A stretch of 64,000 nt of DNA from Deltaproteobacteria bacterium. GTDB taxonomy: Bacteria > Desulfobacterota > Desulfobacteria > Desulfobacterales > SURF-15. The DNA is taken from assembly GCA_019309565.1 (NCBI GenBank), contig JAFDFZ010000016.1, positions 10,155 through 74,154 on the forward strand, read 5' to 3'. Positions 36,807 to 46,442 of this stretch are shown here, in pieces. Within the stretch, counting starts at the first letter, position 1. The number at the start of each line of letters is the position of its first letter. Made by a program: the position numbers and the translations under genes. Below the pieces are notes generated by a model. The model saw only the letters and a list, made by a program, of their open reading frames with translations. It was not told where the DNA came from and did no database searches.

Positions 36807-38237
36807 TCAGTTCCTTTGCACTTCATGGAGAAGCTTCCCCTCATGGTTGTAGATCTGAATTTTGAGCGCCATCTGGCCCAGCGCATGGGTTGAGCATGAC
36901 AGGCAGGGATCGTAGCAACGGATGGCGCATTCCACACGGTTTAAGATCCCTTCCTTCACCTCCCCATTGTGGATATACTCCTTTGCCACAAGCTCAACGG
37001 ATCGATTCATGGCGATATTGTTGTGGCCGGTGGCCACGATGAGGTTGACCTTTTGGATCGCTCCATACTTGTCCACCCGATAGTGATGGATCAGGGTTCC
37101 CCTGGGCGCCTCTATGACGCCTACCCCTTCTGTATTTGACGGGCCGGCGGTAATCCGGATCTCGGTCCCGCAGATCCGATCATCCTTCAGGATCGCCTCG
37201 GCCCTTTCCATACAATTGAGGAGCTCGATGAGCCGGGCATAGTGATACAGCAGGCTGCATCCCCTGAGTCCGTTTTCTGCCATTTTCCGATATTCCCTGA
37301 ATTCTTTGTATGCATTCAGGGTGCTCATATGGTCGGCAGCATTGAGCCGACCCAGCGGTCCCACACGATACCCCCCTTCGGGATACCCCTTTGGCTTGTA
37401 AAAGGGGAATTTGAGGTAGGACCAGGGTTCCACATGCTCTCCGATGAACGACAGGTACTCGTTGGGGGCAAACTCCGCCAGCACCGTTTTCTTATGGTCT
37501 GTGATTCGGAGCCTGCCCTCATACATGTTCGGACTGCCGTTTTCATCCATCAATCCCGCGTAATTGGATTCAAAATTGGCAAACCGTTTGACCTCATCCA
37601 GGTTTTTCTCCACCCAGTCTTTGATGATATCTATGGCCGTTTCACAGGTGCCGTATGCGTCATCAAAACCGCTCAAAAGGGTTTCACGTTTTTCGGGGAT
37701 AAGGGGATTGGTCACCCCGCCGGGGATGGCAAATGCCGGATGGATCTTTTTGCCCCCAAGGGCCTCGATGATCTCTTGTCCGAATTTTCTTAGCTTTATG
37801 CCCTTCAGGGCAATTTCCGGAAATTTTTCTACAACACCCACCACATTCCGCTTGGCAGGGTCCGAATCCCAGCCCAAAAGCAGGTCAGGGCTTGCCAGGT
37901 GAAAAAAATGAAGGGCATGGGACTGAATGAACTGGCCCATATGTTCGAGTTCTCTCAGAAGTTTTGCCGTCTCCGGGATTTCCACGCCGAGGATTACATC
38001 GCAGGCCTTGGCGGACGCCAGCTGATGACTCACCGGACAGATGCCGCAAATCCTCTGGGTAATGATCGGCATCTCTTCAAAGGGTCTTCCCTCGCAGAAG
38101 CGTTCAAATCCCCTGACCTGGGTCACATGAAAGCAGGCATCCTGAACCTCGCCGGCCGTATCCAGATGGATGGTGACCTTCCCATGCCCCTCCAGGCGAC
38201 TGATGGGATTAATCGTAATTTTTCGTGAATGATTCAT
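36807..38237 (-). CDS. group-3 [NiFe] hydrogenase large subunit (Cys type, not NiFeSe)
   Basis: N-terminal RICGICPVSH and C-terminal DPCLSCSTH nickel-ligand motifs; 476 aa. Confidence 0.92.
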   Translation of the reverse strand: MNHSRKITINPISRLEGHGKVTIHLDTAGEVQDACFHVTQVRGFERFCEGRPFEEMPIITQRICGICPVSHQLASAKACDVILGVEIPETAKLLRELEHMGQFIQSHALHFFHLASPDLLLGWDSDPAKRNVVGVVEKFPEIALKGIKLRKFGQEIIEALGGKKIHPAFAIPGGVTNPLIPEKRETLLSGFDDAYGTCETAIDIIKDWVEKNLDEVKRFANFESNYAGLMDENGSPNMYEGRLRITDHKKTVLAEFAPNEYLSFIGEHVEPWSYLKFPFYKPKGYPEGGYRVGPLGRLNAADHMSTLNAYKEFREYRKMAENGLRGCSLLYHYARLIELLNCMERAEAILKDDRICGTEIRITAGPSNTEGVGVIEAPRGTLIHHYRVDKYGAIQKVNLIVATGHNNIAMNRSVELVAKEYIHNGEVKEGILNRVECAIRCYDPCLSCSTHALGQMALKIQIYNHEGKLLHEVQRN

Positions 38238-38249
38238 CTTTTCATCTCC

Positions 38250-38792
38250 TCAGTCAAAGTGGATCAACTCGGTTGGCAGCACAGGCAGCCTCCCCTGTAG
38301 GATTTCCGTCAGGCTGTAAGCAATGGCTTCGGGTGAAGGGGGGCATCCCGGCACAAACACATCCACGGAGACCACCTCGTTCACCGGCCGAACCTTGTCC
38401 AGGAGTGCGGGCAGCTCCGGGTGTACGGGCAGCACACCGCTGACCGTGCTTTCGGTTTCGATATAGGCACGTCTGAGAACCTCCTCTCTGGGGATCCAGT
38501 TCCGCAGAGTATTGATTCCTCCGAATACCGCGCAATCTCCCCATGCCACCAGGATCCCGGACCGCTCTCTGAGGTGACGCGCTATTTCCAACGCTTCCTG
38601 ATTTCCGATGCCGCCCTCGATGATGCCCACGTCCACTTCCGGGAATTCATAATCTTTAAAATCGGTAATGGGCGTCACCGTCAAATCGATCTTGCTCAGG
38701 ATATCGAGCAGTTTCTCATCAAGATCCAGAAATGACATATGGCAGCCCGAGCATCCCTCGAGCCACACGGTTGCAACCTTCGGCTTTCCCAT
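38250..38792 (-). CDS. group-3 [NiFe] hydrogenase small subunit (short, HoxY-like, proximal cluster only)
   Basis: NuoB-like fold with VWLEGCSGCHMSF, GDCAVFGG and VPGCPPSPEAI motifs. Start is at 38792 (GGAGG 7 nt upstream). Confidence 0.9.
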   Translation of the reverse strand: MGKPKVATVWLEGCSGCHMSFLDLDEKLLDILSKIDLTVTPITDFKDYEFPEVDVGIIEGGIGNQEALEIARHLRERSGILVAWGDCAVFGGINTLRNWIPREEVLRRAYIETESTVSGVLPVHPELPALLDKVRPVNEVVSVDVFVPGCPPSPEAIAYSLTEILQGRLPVLPTELIHFD

Positions 38793-38836
38793 TGGATGAC
38801 CTCCATTTGTTAACAGATCCAAGAGTTCTTATTCTA

Positions 38837-40861
38837 TCAACGCTCACTTCTGATTTCGCGTTCGGCCCTTTCGGATAATTCCTCCCGGCTCTTGTAATCC
38901 GGATGAAAACCGATACGTTGGGCCAGGCTCCAAAATGTCTGCCATGAGTCTCTTACACCTTCCGGCGGCCGCAGGACGCTTTTCTTATAGGCGGTTTCAC
39001 AGCCTTCCAGGGAGGTAAAGGTCCCCTCTTCTTCCATCCATAGGGGCTTGGGTATGAGAACATGAGCCTTGTCGGCCAGGTTCTCAGGAAAGCAGGGGCT
39101 GATGACAGCGAGAAAATCAACCGGATGAAGTTCCTCCAGGGCAGGCACATGGTAACCGTCCGCTTCACTGAGAAGAATCAGCCCGGCTTTCCATCTGTCT
39201 CGGTTGGGAGGTTCCTTTGTGGATGAAATCCCCAGCTTCCATGCACCGGCACTGTTGCCGAAGGGCTTCAGGATAATCAACCGCAACGCGTTATCCGGTA
39301 AAAGCCCCTTCAGATGCGCCAAACGGACCACGTCGCATAATGCCGAGGGCGTCTCTAGGCCGGTAAGGGTCGGTCCTGCAATGAAGAGAGGATTCACCGA
39401 ATCGGACAAGGCCTCTGCGACCTCATGGAAAGCCTTTACGGCATCATTTTCAAGACCCGCCTTCTCCAAGATCCCCGGGGCATCGTCCTTGTTCATCACT
39501 TTGGTCCTGAGCGCCTGAATCAGCAGGGGCAGATCTCTGTTTTCCACCGGGAAGTAATAAGGGGTATACGGAGAAATGTGATCTGTCCGGCCGAAGACGA
39601 CCACGTTCATGCCGCTTTCCAGAATCCCCTTCCGAAGAAGCGATGAGATCACCGGCTGGCTGTGATAGGGGCTTGCTCCGAATAGAATGACAAGGTCGGC
39701 TTCCGGAATCCTCTGCCAGGAGTCCTCTCTGAAACGTCCCTTTGAATCTTTCCGCGTCCCGTGCACGGCTCTGAAATGGACCCCATCGAGGGTATCCATA
39801 TGGCCTGCGGACCATCCTCGGATCATGAGGTCCCTGAAAAAGATCAGTTCCTCATTGGCCGCGGCGCTGGATGCCAGCCCGAAGATGGCCTCTATGCCAT
39901 TGTTATTCCGTATGGTGTTGAGCTTTCCGGCGACAAGGTCAAGCGCCGCTTCCCAGCGCTCTTCCCTCCAGGTCCCATCTTGATTGCGGACCATGGGCCG
40001 AAGAAGGCGTTTCCCGTTGCTTTTAAGCACCTCGAACCGCCCTCTCCAGCAGAGCTGACCTCGATCCGGACGGCCGTTTTCACTCATCATCTTGCCCTCA
40101 ATCTTGATCAAATTGTTGTCCTTGGTAAAAGAGACTGTCGGGCACAAGAGCCCGCACTGGGGACAGATGGATTCGATCTTCTGATAATCCTTCGGATGGC
40201 CCTTGACCGCATAGTGGCTGCGGTAGCGGTTAACCATGGCTCCGGTGGGGCAGACCTGCACACATATGCCGCAGCTATAGCAGGTGGACTCCTTTCTGCT
40301 CTCGTTCAGATCCATGCTGATGAGGCTTTCCGGCCCCCGATTCATGAAGTGGAGCACCGAGGCCCCTGCGATCTCCTTGCAGGCGCGAACACACCGACCG
40401 CAGAGAATGCACCGGTTGTGGTCGATGGCCATATATTCACTGGTGACATCGGTGGGGAACTGATTGAAGGAAAAGGAGACCGTCAGATGATCCATTTGTA
40501 ACTCGTAGGCCAGATTCTGAAGTTCACAGTCCCCGCTCTGGGGGCAAAACATGCAGTTGTGGTTCCTTTCTGCAAAGATATATTCCAGAATGGTTCTGCG
40601 GCATTCAATAATATAATCATTGGAGGTCACCACCTCCATGCCGTTTCGGACAGGCGTGACGCAGCTGGCCACCAGCTTGGGGGATCCATCCACTTCAACG
40701 ACGCACATCCGGCAGCCCCCATAGTTTGAAAGGGCTTTGTGATGACATAGGGTTGGAATATGGATATCGTTTATCTGGGCCGCTTCAAGGATGGTTGCCC
40801 CTTCATCAACGAGAACCTCTTTTCCATCAATTGTAAATTGAATCTTTGGCTTCTGTTCCAT
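38837..40861 (-). CDS. NuoG/HoxU-like iron-sulfur subunit with a degenerate molybdopterin-oxidoreductase domain
   Basis: [2Fe-2S] motif (CHHK...GGCRMCVVEV...SC), the His-ligated cluster HNCMFCPQSGDCELQ, CILCGRCVRAC and CYSCGICVQVCP, then CPQCGLLCP. The stretch aligned to the FdhA active site reads MDTLDGVHFRAVHG, so there is no Cys or Sec ligand. Confidence 0.8.
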   Translation of the reverse strand: MEQKPKIQFTIDGKEVLVDEGATILEAAQINDIHIPTLCHHKALSNYGGCRMCVVEVDGSPKLVASCVTPVRNGMEVVTSNDYIIECRRTILEYIFAERNHNCMFCPQSGDCELQNLAYELQMDHLTVSFSFNQFPTDVTSEYMAIDHNRCILCGRCVRACKEIAGASVLHFMNRGPESLISMDLNESRKESTCYSCGICVQVCPTGAMVNRYRSHYAVKGHPKDYQKIESICPQCGLLCPTVSFTKDNNLIKIEGKMMSENGRPDRGQLCWRGRFEVLKSNGKRLLRPMVRNQDGTWREERWEAALDLVAGKLNTIRNNNGIEAIFGLASSAAANEELIFFRDLMIRGWSAGHMDTLDGVHFRAVHGTRKDSKGRFREDSWQRIPEADLVILFGASPYHSQPVISSLLRKGILESGMNVVVFGRTDHISPYTPYYFPVENRDLPLLIQALRTKVMNKDDAPGILEKAGLENDAVKAFHEVAEALSDSVNPLFIAGPTLTGLETPSALCDVVRLAHLKGLLPDNALRLIILKPFGNSAGAWKLGISSTKEPPNRDRWKAGLILLSEADGYHVPALEELHPVDFLAVISPCFPENLADKAHVLIPKPLWMEEEGTFTSLEGCETAYKKSVLRPPEGVRDSWQTFWSLAQRIGFHPDYKSREELSERAEREIRSER

Positions 40862-40949
40862 CGGAGTTCCCCTTAACATTGTTTGATTCTATTGAAACCC
40901 ATATCATTCATGTCAAAAATGCAACCCTTGAGTATTCACCAATAGCCCC

Positions 40950-43625
40950 TTATTGGCCGGAAGAAGCTACCTTTTCCGCTTTGACCGCACACACTTTGAG
41001 CTCGGGGATCTTGGCAACCGGGTCAAGAGCAGGATTGGTGAGAATATTTGTGGGGCTTTCGGCAAAATGGAAGCTCATGCAGAAAACCCCTCGCGGGGAG
41101 ATCGGCGTTACCTTCGCTCGTACCGTTACCGCTCCGCGGCGAGAGGTCACCTTTACCTTCTCGCCGTCTGCTACCCCTAATGTCTTGGCATCCTCAGGGT
41201 TTATCTCAAGCAGCTCCTCCCCGTGAAGCACATCGAGCCCTGCCACCTTCCGTGTCATCGTCCCGGTATGATACTGATATAGACCCCGTTCCGTGGTAAG
41301 CATAAAAGGGTATTCGTCGTCTGGCAACTCTGTCGGTGGTCTATATGCCAGGGGCGCAAATCTGCCTTTGCCCCGTAAAAAACCTTCTACATGAAGGATG
41401 GGGGTTCCGGGATGATCTTCAGAAGTACATGGCCACTGCAACCCTCCCTTTTCCAGACGAGGATAGGTGATACCGCCATAGCTTGGCGTAAGCCCGGCAA
41501 TCTCCTCCATAATCTCGGAGGGGTGATCGAAATCAAAGCCTTTGCCTCCCATCCTCCGGCCTAGTTGGGAGGTAAGCCACCAGTCAGGTTGAGAGTTGCC
41601 GATAGGCTCAATGACCTTGCGCATCCTCTGAACCCTCCGCTCAGTATTGGTAACGGTGCCATCCTTCTCGGCAAATGTCGCCGCCGGAAGAACCACATGG
41701 GCGATCCGGGCCGTTTCGGATAGGAAAATATCCTGAACCACGAAAAATTCCAGACGCCTGAGGGCTTCTTCAACGTGCTTGGCATCCGGATCGCTGAGTA
41801 CAGGATTTTCACCAACAAGGTAGATAGCCTTGATCTTTCCCTCGTATGCAGCCTCAAAGATCTCTGTGAGTGTCAGGCCGGGGGATGGGTTCAGACCGAC
41901 GCCCCAGGCCTTCTCGAATTTCTTTCTTACTTTCGGGTCGTCTACTCGCTGGTAGCCTGTATACATATTGGGCAACGCCCCCATGTCGCAGGCGCCCTGA
42001 ACATTATTTTGGCCCCTCAACGGATTAACACCCGTCGATGGCTTGCCGATGTTACCGGTAAGCATTGCCAGATTGGCAATCGCCAATACGTTATCCGTAC
42101 CGTGGGTATGCTGTGTAATTCCCATGGCATACAGAATAGCCGCAGGCTTTTTTGTTGCGTATAACCGGGCCGCTTCGACGATTAGGTCACGGGGTACTGT
42201 CGTTTTCTCCTCCACAAAATCCAGATCAAAGGACTCAAGGGATTGCCTGAAGGCATCAAAATTCTCGCAGCGTTCCGCGATGAAAGTGGGATCATGAAGA
42301 TTTTCTTCAAAGATCACGCGCATCATGCCCATGAGTAAAGCCACATCACTGCCGGGACGATGTCTCAGCCGCACATGGGCGATACGACAAAGGTCGATCT
42401 CACGCGGATTGGCTACAATAAGCTTTGCCCCGTCTTCAGCCGCCTTCCTTACTTTGATTCCAATCACGGGATGCGTTTCGGTTGTATTGGTTCCAATCGC
42501 CAAGATACTGGCAGCTCCGCTAATCTCTCCAATGGAGTTTGTCATAGCACCACTGCCGAAGCTTGCGGCGAGCCCCGCAACGGTAGAAGCATGGCAGAGT
42601 CGAGCGCAATGATCGACATTATGGGTGCCTAATACCACACGCGCAAATTTCTGGATAAGGTAATTCTCCTCATTGGTACATTTGGCGGAGGAAATGACTG
42701 CGACTTCCTCTCCTTTATACTTAGAAAGCTTAGTGGCAATCAGATCCAGTGCCTCGTCCCAGCTTGCTTCTGAAAACGAGCCATTCTTGCTGATCAGAGG
42801 TGAGGTCAGTCGATCGGAGTGGTTAATGAATTCAACACCAAATTGTCCTTTGACGCATAGGCTACCCTTATTTACGGGATTATCCGGGTCTCCAAACACC
42901 CCCACAACGCTGTTTCCCCGAGCGGCAAGGTATATCCCGCAGCCCACACCACAATAAGGGCATATCGTCTTTACTTCCTTATCCGGCCAGGTAAAGTTTT
43001 TTACCGTGAGCGCGCCCGTGGGGCACTTCGCCACACATTGCCCGCAAGATTCGCAAACAGACTGGAACATCGGCTTGTCATCGGCAGTGATGATCTTGGA
43101 GGATGCGCCGTTATTGGATAACATCAGCGCGCCAAGTCCCTGAATTTCATTGCAGACCCTTACGCACTTGCCGCAGAGAATGCACTTGCCGGAATTACGG
43201 ATAAAAAAAGGATTGCTGGAATCGATGAGAGGAGGTCTATTCAACGGTTTGAACCGCTGCCTGTCAACCCCCAGGTAGGCTGCAATCTTTTGCAACTCAC
43301 AGCGCTGATTTTTGGCACACAGCAGACAGTTCTCCGGGTGATCAGACAGCAACAATTCAACCGTGCGACGTCGGACTTCATTGACACGAGGGGTATCGGT
43401 ATGGACAACCATCCCCTCGGCCACAGGCGTCATGCAGGAGACCGGCAGATCCGCTTGACCATCGATTTCCACGATACACAGACGGCATGCGCCGTAAGGT
43501 TCCAGGTCGGGATCAGCGCAGAGGTTTGGGATGTAAATACCTGAATCCCGTGCAGCCTCCAGGACGGTCGCATCTTCCCTTGCTTCAATCTCAATACCAT
43601 CTACAAACAACCTGACATTTCCCAT
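40950..43625 (-). CDS. fdhA: formate dehydrogenase alpha subunit (Mo/W-bis-PGD, Cys ligand) with N-terminal NuoG-type Fe-S module
   Basis: 2Fe-2S and 4Fe-4S motifs, the molybdopterin-domain cluster CPYCGVGC, the active-site stretch HCARLCHASTVAGL, and a C-terminal MGD-binding barrel; 891 aa. GGAGG precedes the start. Confidence 0.88.
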   Translation of the reverse strand: MGNVRLFVDGIEIEAREDATVLEAARDSGIYIPNLCADPDLEPYGACRLCIVEIDGQADLPVSCMTPVAEGMVVHTDTPRVNEVRRRTVELLLSDHPENCLLCAKNQRCELQKIAAYLGVDRQRFKPLNRPPLIDSSNPFFIRNSGKCILCGKCVRVCNEIQGLGALMLSNNGASSKIITADDKPMFQSVCESCGQCVAKCPTGALTVKNFTWPDKEVKTICPYCGVGCGIYLAARGNSVVGVFGDPDNPVNKGSLCVKGQFGVEFINHSDRLTSPLISKNGSFSEASWDEALDLIATKLSKYKGEEVAVISSAKCTNEENYLIQKFARVVLGTHNVDHCARLCHASTVAGLAASFGSGAMTNSIGEISGAASILAIGTNTTETHPVIGIKVRKAAEDGAKLIVANPREIDLCRIAHVRLRHRPGSDVALLMGMMRVIFEENLHDPTFIAERCENFDAFRQSLESFDLDFVEEKTTVPRDLIVEAARLYATKKPAAILYAMGITQHTHGTDNVLAIANLAMLTGNIGKPSTGVNPLRGQNNVQGACDMGALPNMYTGYQRVDDPKVRKKFEKAWGVGLNPSPGLTLTEIFEAAYEGKIKAIYLVGENPVLSDPDAKHVEEALRRLEFFVVQDIFLSETARIAHVVLPAATFAEKDGTVTNTERRVQRMRKVIEPIGNSQPDWWLTSQLGRRMGGKGFDFDHPSEIMEEIAGLTPSYGGITYPRLEKGGLQWPCTSEDHPGTPILHVEGFLRGKGRFAPLAYRPPTELPDDEYPFMLTTERGLYQYHTGTMTRKVAGLDVLHGEELLEINPEDAKTLGVADGEKVKVTSRRGAVTVRAKVTPISPRGVFCMSFHFAESPTNILTNPALDPVAKIPELKVCAVKAEKVASSGQ

Positions 43626-43640
43626 ATTTTACCTCCACGT

Positions 43641-45851
43641 TTAAACCACTTCATTGGCCTGAAGCGGGCAAATGGCGTGATAAGACACCACCTCGCTGCA
43701 AATACCGTACGGACATGCTTTCCCAAGAATATGGGCCTCAAATTGATCGCGCAAATTCTCAAGAGTAAACAGGACGATATCCGGAGCGGTTTTGCCAACA
43801 GGGCATTCGGAGGCCACCTTCATCGTATCCACAAGCTCAAAGAGCAACTCCAGCTCTTCCATCCCGCTCTTGCCTGTAGCAATGTCATTTAGAATGCTTA
43901 ACATCTGGGCGGAGCCCAGCCTGCATGTGGTGCATTTTGTGCAGGACTTGTTTTGGGTTGGAACCATCATGGAGAAACGTGCCAGATCAACGGCACAACC
44001 TGAATCATGTATCCGGGTAACAAGCCGTTCGGGAACAAGCTCGGGAAGAAATGCCCTTAACCCCTCATAGCCGCCGGCATCATAGCCGGCAAGCATTTCA
44101 AGGCAGGGCAGGCATTTGTCCTCCAACGCATGATAGGCAACAAGCGCCCTGCAAACGCTTGAAAAACAGCGCTTTTTGTGGATATGGGCCTCGTATTCGT
44201 TCCGGAAATAGCGAAGGGTGGAAAGTACGGGATTCGGTGCTGTTTGACCCAAGCCACAAAGTGCCGTATTCTGTATGATCTTGGCCCATTTTTCTAAGGT
44301 CTTAATGTCGTCTTCCTTGCTGTTTCCCGCGCAGATTCTAGTGAGAATTTCCAACATCTTGTCGGTCCCGACCCGGCAGGGAGTGCATTTGCCGCACGAT
44401 TCTTCCCTGCAAAATTCCATGAAAAAACGGGCTACATCCACCATGCATTTATCTTCGTCCATGACGATCATGCCGCCCGAGCCCACAATTGCCCCCAGCT
44501 GGGTGATGGATTCATAATCGACCGGAGTATCTTGATGTTGGGCGGGTATGCACCCACCGGAAGGACCCCCAAGCTGAACCGCCTTAAACTTCTTGCCGTT
44601 TATGATGCCGCCGCCGATATCATGGATTATGGTGCCCAACGGCATCCCCATGGGCACTTCTACGAGCCCTATGTTATTCACATCTCCGGTTAAGGCAAAG
44701 ACCTTCGTCCCTTTACTCCGTTGAGTCCCGATACTCGCATACCAGCTTCCTCCATTCAGGATAATCTGAGGAATGCTTGACAGGGTCTCTACGTTATTCA
44801 GCACCGTAGGCTTTTTCCATAGACCCTGAACTGCCGGAAACGGCGGCCTGGGCCGAGGCATTCCCCGCTTCCCTTCGATGGAGGTTATGAGCGCTGTCTC
44901 TTCCCCGCATACAAACGCCCCGGCGCCCCGGTAAATTTCAAGATCAAAGTCAAAACCGGACCCGAGAATATCCTTTCCAAGGAGGCCGTATTGTCGCGCC
45001 TTATCAATGGCGATCTGAAGTCGTTTCACGGCAAGAGGATATTCCGCACGGCAATAGACGTATCCCCGGTGGGCGTTTATGGCTTTAGCTGCAATGATCA
45101 TCCCCTCTATCACAGCATGGGGGTTGGCTTCCAAAACGCTCCGGTCCATGAAAGCCCCGGGGTCGCCTTCGTCTGCGTTGCAGAGCACGTATTTAACATT
45201 GCCTCTGGATTTGGCGCAAAAGTCCCATTTTAAACCTGTGGGGAAGCCGGCCCCCCCGCGTCCCCTAAGCCCGGATTCTTTTACTTCTGCGATAATCATC
45301 TCCGGTTCCATTTCCATGAGCGCCTTGCAGGCCGCTTGATACCCCCCGGTTCCGATGTATTCATCAATCCGCTCTGCAGCGATCAAGCCCCTGTTTTTCA
45401 GCACCCGGGATTCCTGCAATGCAAAAAAGGGAATGTCCTTTCTAAACGGAATTGCTTTTCCGGTTTCCGGATCCCGATACATCAATCTCTCTACGGGATA
45501 TCCTTTCATGACGTGTCGGTCGATGATCTCCTCGGCATCACCCGGGTGCAGATATTGATAAAAGATGCCGCCCGGATAGACAACCATGAGAGGGCCCTGG
45601 GCGCAGAAACCATGACATCCTGTCTCGATCACATGCACCTTGTCCCGGATCCCTTTCTTTTTGATCTCGTCCTCCAGTTCGTTTTTTATTTGAATGCCTT
45701 TGGACGCATGACAGGCGGTCCCCCCGCAGATCAAAAGATGACACGGGTAGCTGAGCTCTCCAATGGGAAGCTCATCCCTGAATCGGATCTCCAGGAACCC
45801 GGCCATTCTGACGTATATTTCATGCAACGTTTCCGGACTTAATCGATCCAT
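43641..45851 (-). CDS. NuoF/HoxF-like NAD(P)H-binding flavoprotein with extra N-terminal [2Fe-2S] domain and duplicated C-terminal cluster module
   Basis: GLRGRGGAGFPTGLKW FMN/NADH motif, the N3-type CGKCTPCR ... LCGLG, and a second copy CTKCTTCR ... ECPVG. Start is at 45851 (AAGGA 7 nt upstream); the ORF-track TTG start is 45872. Confidence 0.88.
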   Translation of the reverse strand: MDRLSPETLHEIYVRMAGFLEIRFRDELPIGELSYPCHLLICGGTACHASKGIQIKNELEDEIKKKGIRDKVHVIETGCHGFCAQGPLMVVYPGGIFYQYLHPGDAEEIIDRHVMKGYPVERLMYRDPETGKAIPFRKDIPFFALQESRVLKNRGLIAAERIDEYIGTGGYQAACKALMEMEPEMIIAEVKESGLRGRGGAGFPTGLKWDFCAKSRGNVKYVLCNADEGDPGAFMDRSVLEANPHAVIEGMIIAAKAINAHRGYVYCRAEYPLAVKRLQIAIDKARQYGLLGKDILGSGFDFDLEIYRGAGAFVCGEETALITSIEGKRGMPRPRPPFPAVQGLWKKPTVLNNVETLSSIPQIILNGGSWYASIGTQRSKGTKVFALTGDVNNIGLVEVPMGMPLGTIIHDIGGGIINGKKFKAVQLGGPSGGCIPAQHQDTPVDYESITQLGAIVGSGGMIVMDEDKCMVDVARFFMEFCREESCGKCTPCRVGTDKMLEILTRICAGNSKEDDIKTLEKWAKIIQNTALCGLGQTAPNPVLSTLRYFRNEYEAHIHKKRCFSSVCRALVAYHALEDKCLPCLEMLAGYDAGGYEGLRAFLPELVPERLVTRIHDSGCAVDLARFSMMVPTQNKSCTKCTTCRLGSAQMLSILNDIATGKSGMEELELLFELVDTMKVASECPVGKTAPDIVLFTLENLRDQFEAHILGKACPYGICSEVVSYHAICPLQANEVV

Positions 45852-45935
45852 GTGAATATCCTTTCTATTCAATCAATGACATGTGGGTACAAAAGGCAGC
45901 ACATGCATACCCTCCGGGACAAACACGGCTTGTTG

Positions 45936-46442
45936 TTATTCATAACTTTCCAAAATTTCCTCTACTCCCGATGGTTTTACCATTGGAAAGTTGTCCTCAT
46001 CGATGACCATCGTCGGCGCCAATCCACATGCTCCGAGGCACCTGACTGTTTCCATAGAAAACCGCCTGTCGGGCGTTGTCTCCCCCGGGTTGATTTTTAA
46101 AATCTGCCTCAGTTTATCCAGGACCTTCTTGCCTCCCCTCACATAGCAGGCCGTTCCCAAGCAACATCTAACGGTATGCCTGCCCCTGGGAATCATAGTG
46201 AAAAATGAATAGAACGTGACGACGCCATACACCTCGCTGAAAGGAATGTTGAGGCCCAGCGCGACCCTGCGCTGGATTGTTTTGGGAAGGTATCCAATCG
46301 TTTCCTGAATCTCTTCCAGGACAGGGATCAGGGATCCCGGGTCTGACTTGTGCCTTGCTATGATGGCATCCACAAGCGAAACATCTTCCGGGCTTAATTC
46401 CTGCGCTACCTGTTGTTTTTCCTCAGAGATTTTCGCTAGCAT
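45936..46442 (-). CDS. NuoE/HoxE-like thioredoxin-fold [2Fe-2S] subunit
   Basis: CLGTACYVRGG ... CLGACGLAP motifs. AGGAGG lies 8 nt upstream of the start. Confidence 0.9.
   Translation of the reverse strand: MLAKISEEKQQVAQELSPEDVSLVDAIIARHKSDPGSLIPVLEEIQETIGYLPKTIQRRVALGLNIPFSEVYGVVTFYSFFTMIPRGRHTVRCCLGTACYVRGGKKVLDKLRQILKINPGETTPDRRFSMETVRCLGACGLAPTMVIDEDNFPMVKPSGVEEILESYE

Noticed and set aside
36807-43625. I looked for selenocysteine (in-frame TGA) in the [NiFe] large subunit and in FdhA, since hdrA and mvhD use Sec.
   Set aside because: Both reading frames are uninterrupted and carry Cys at the relevant positions (DPCLSCSTH; HCARLCHAS).
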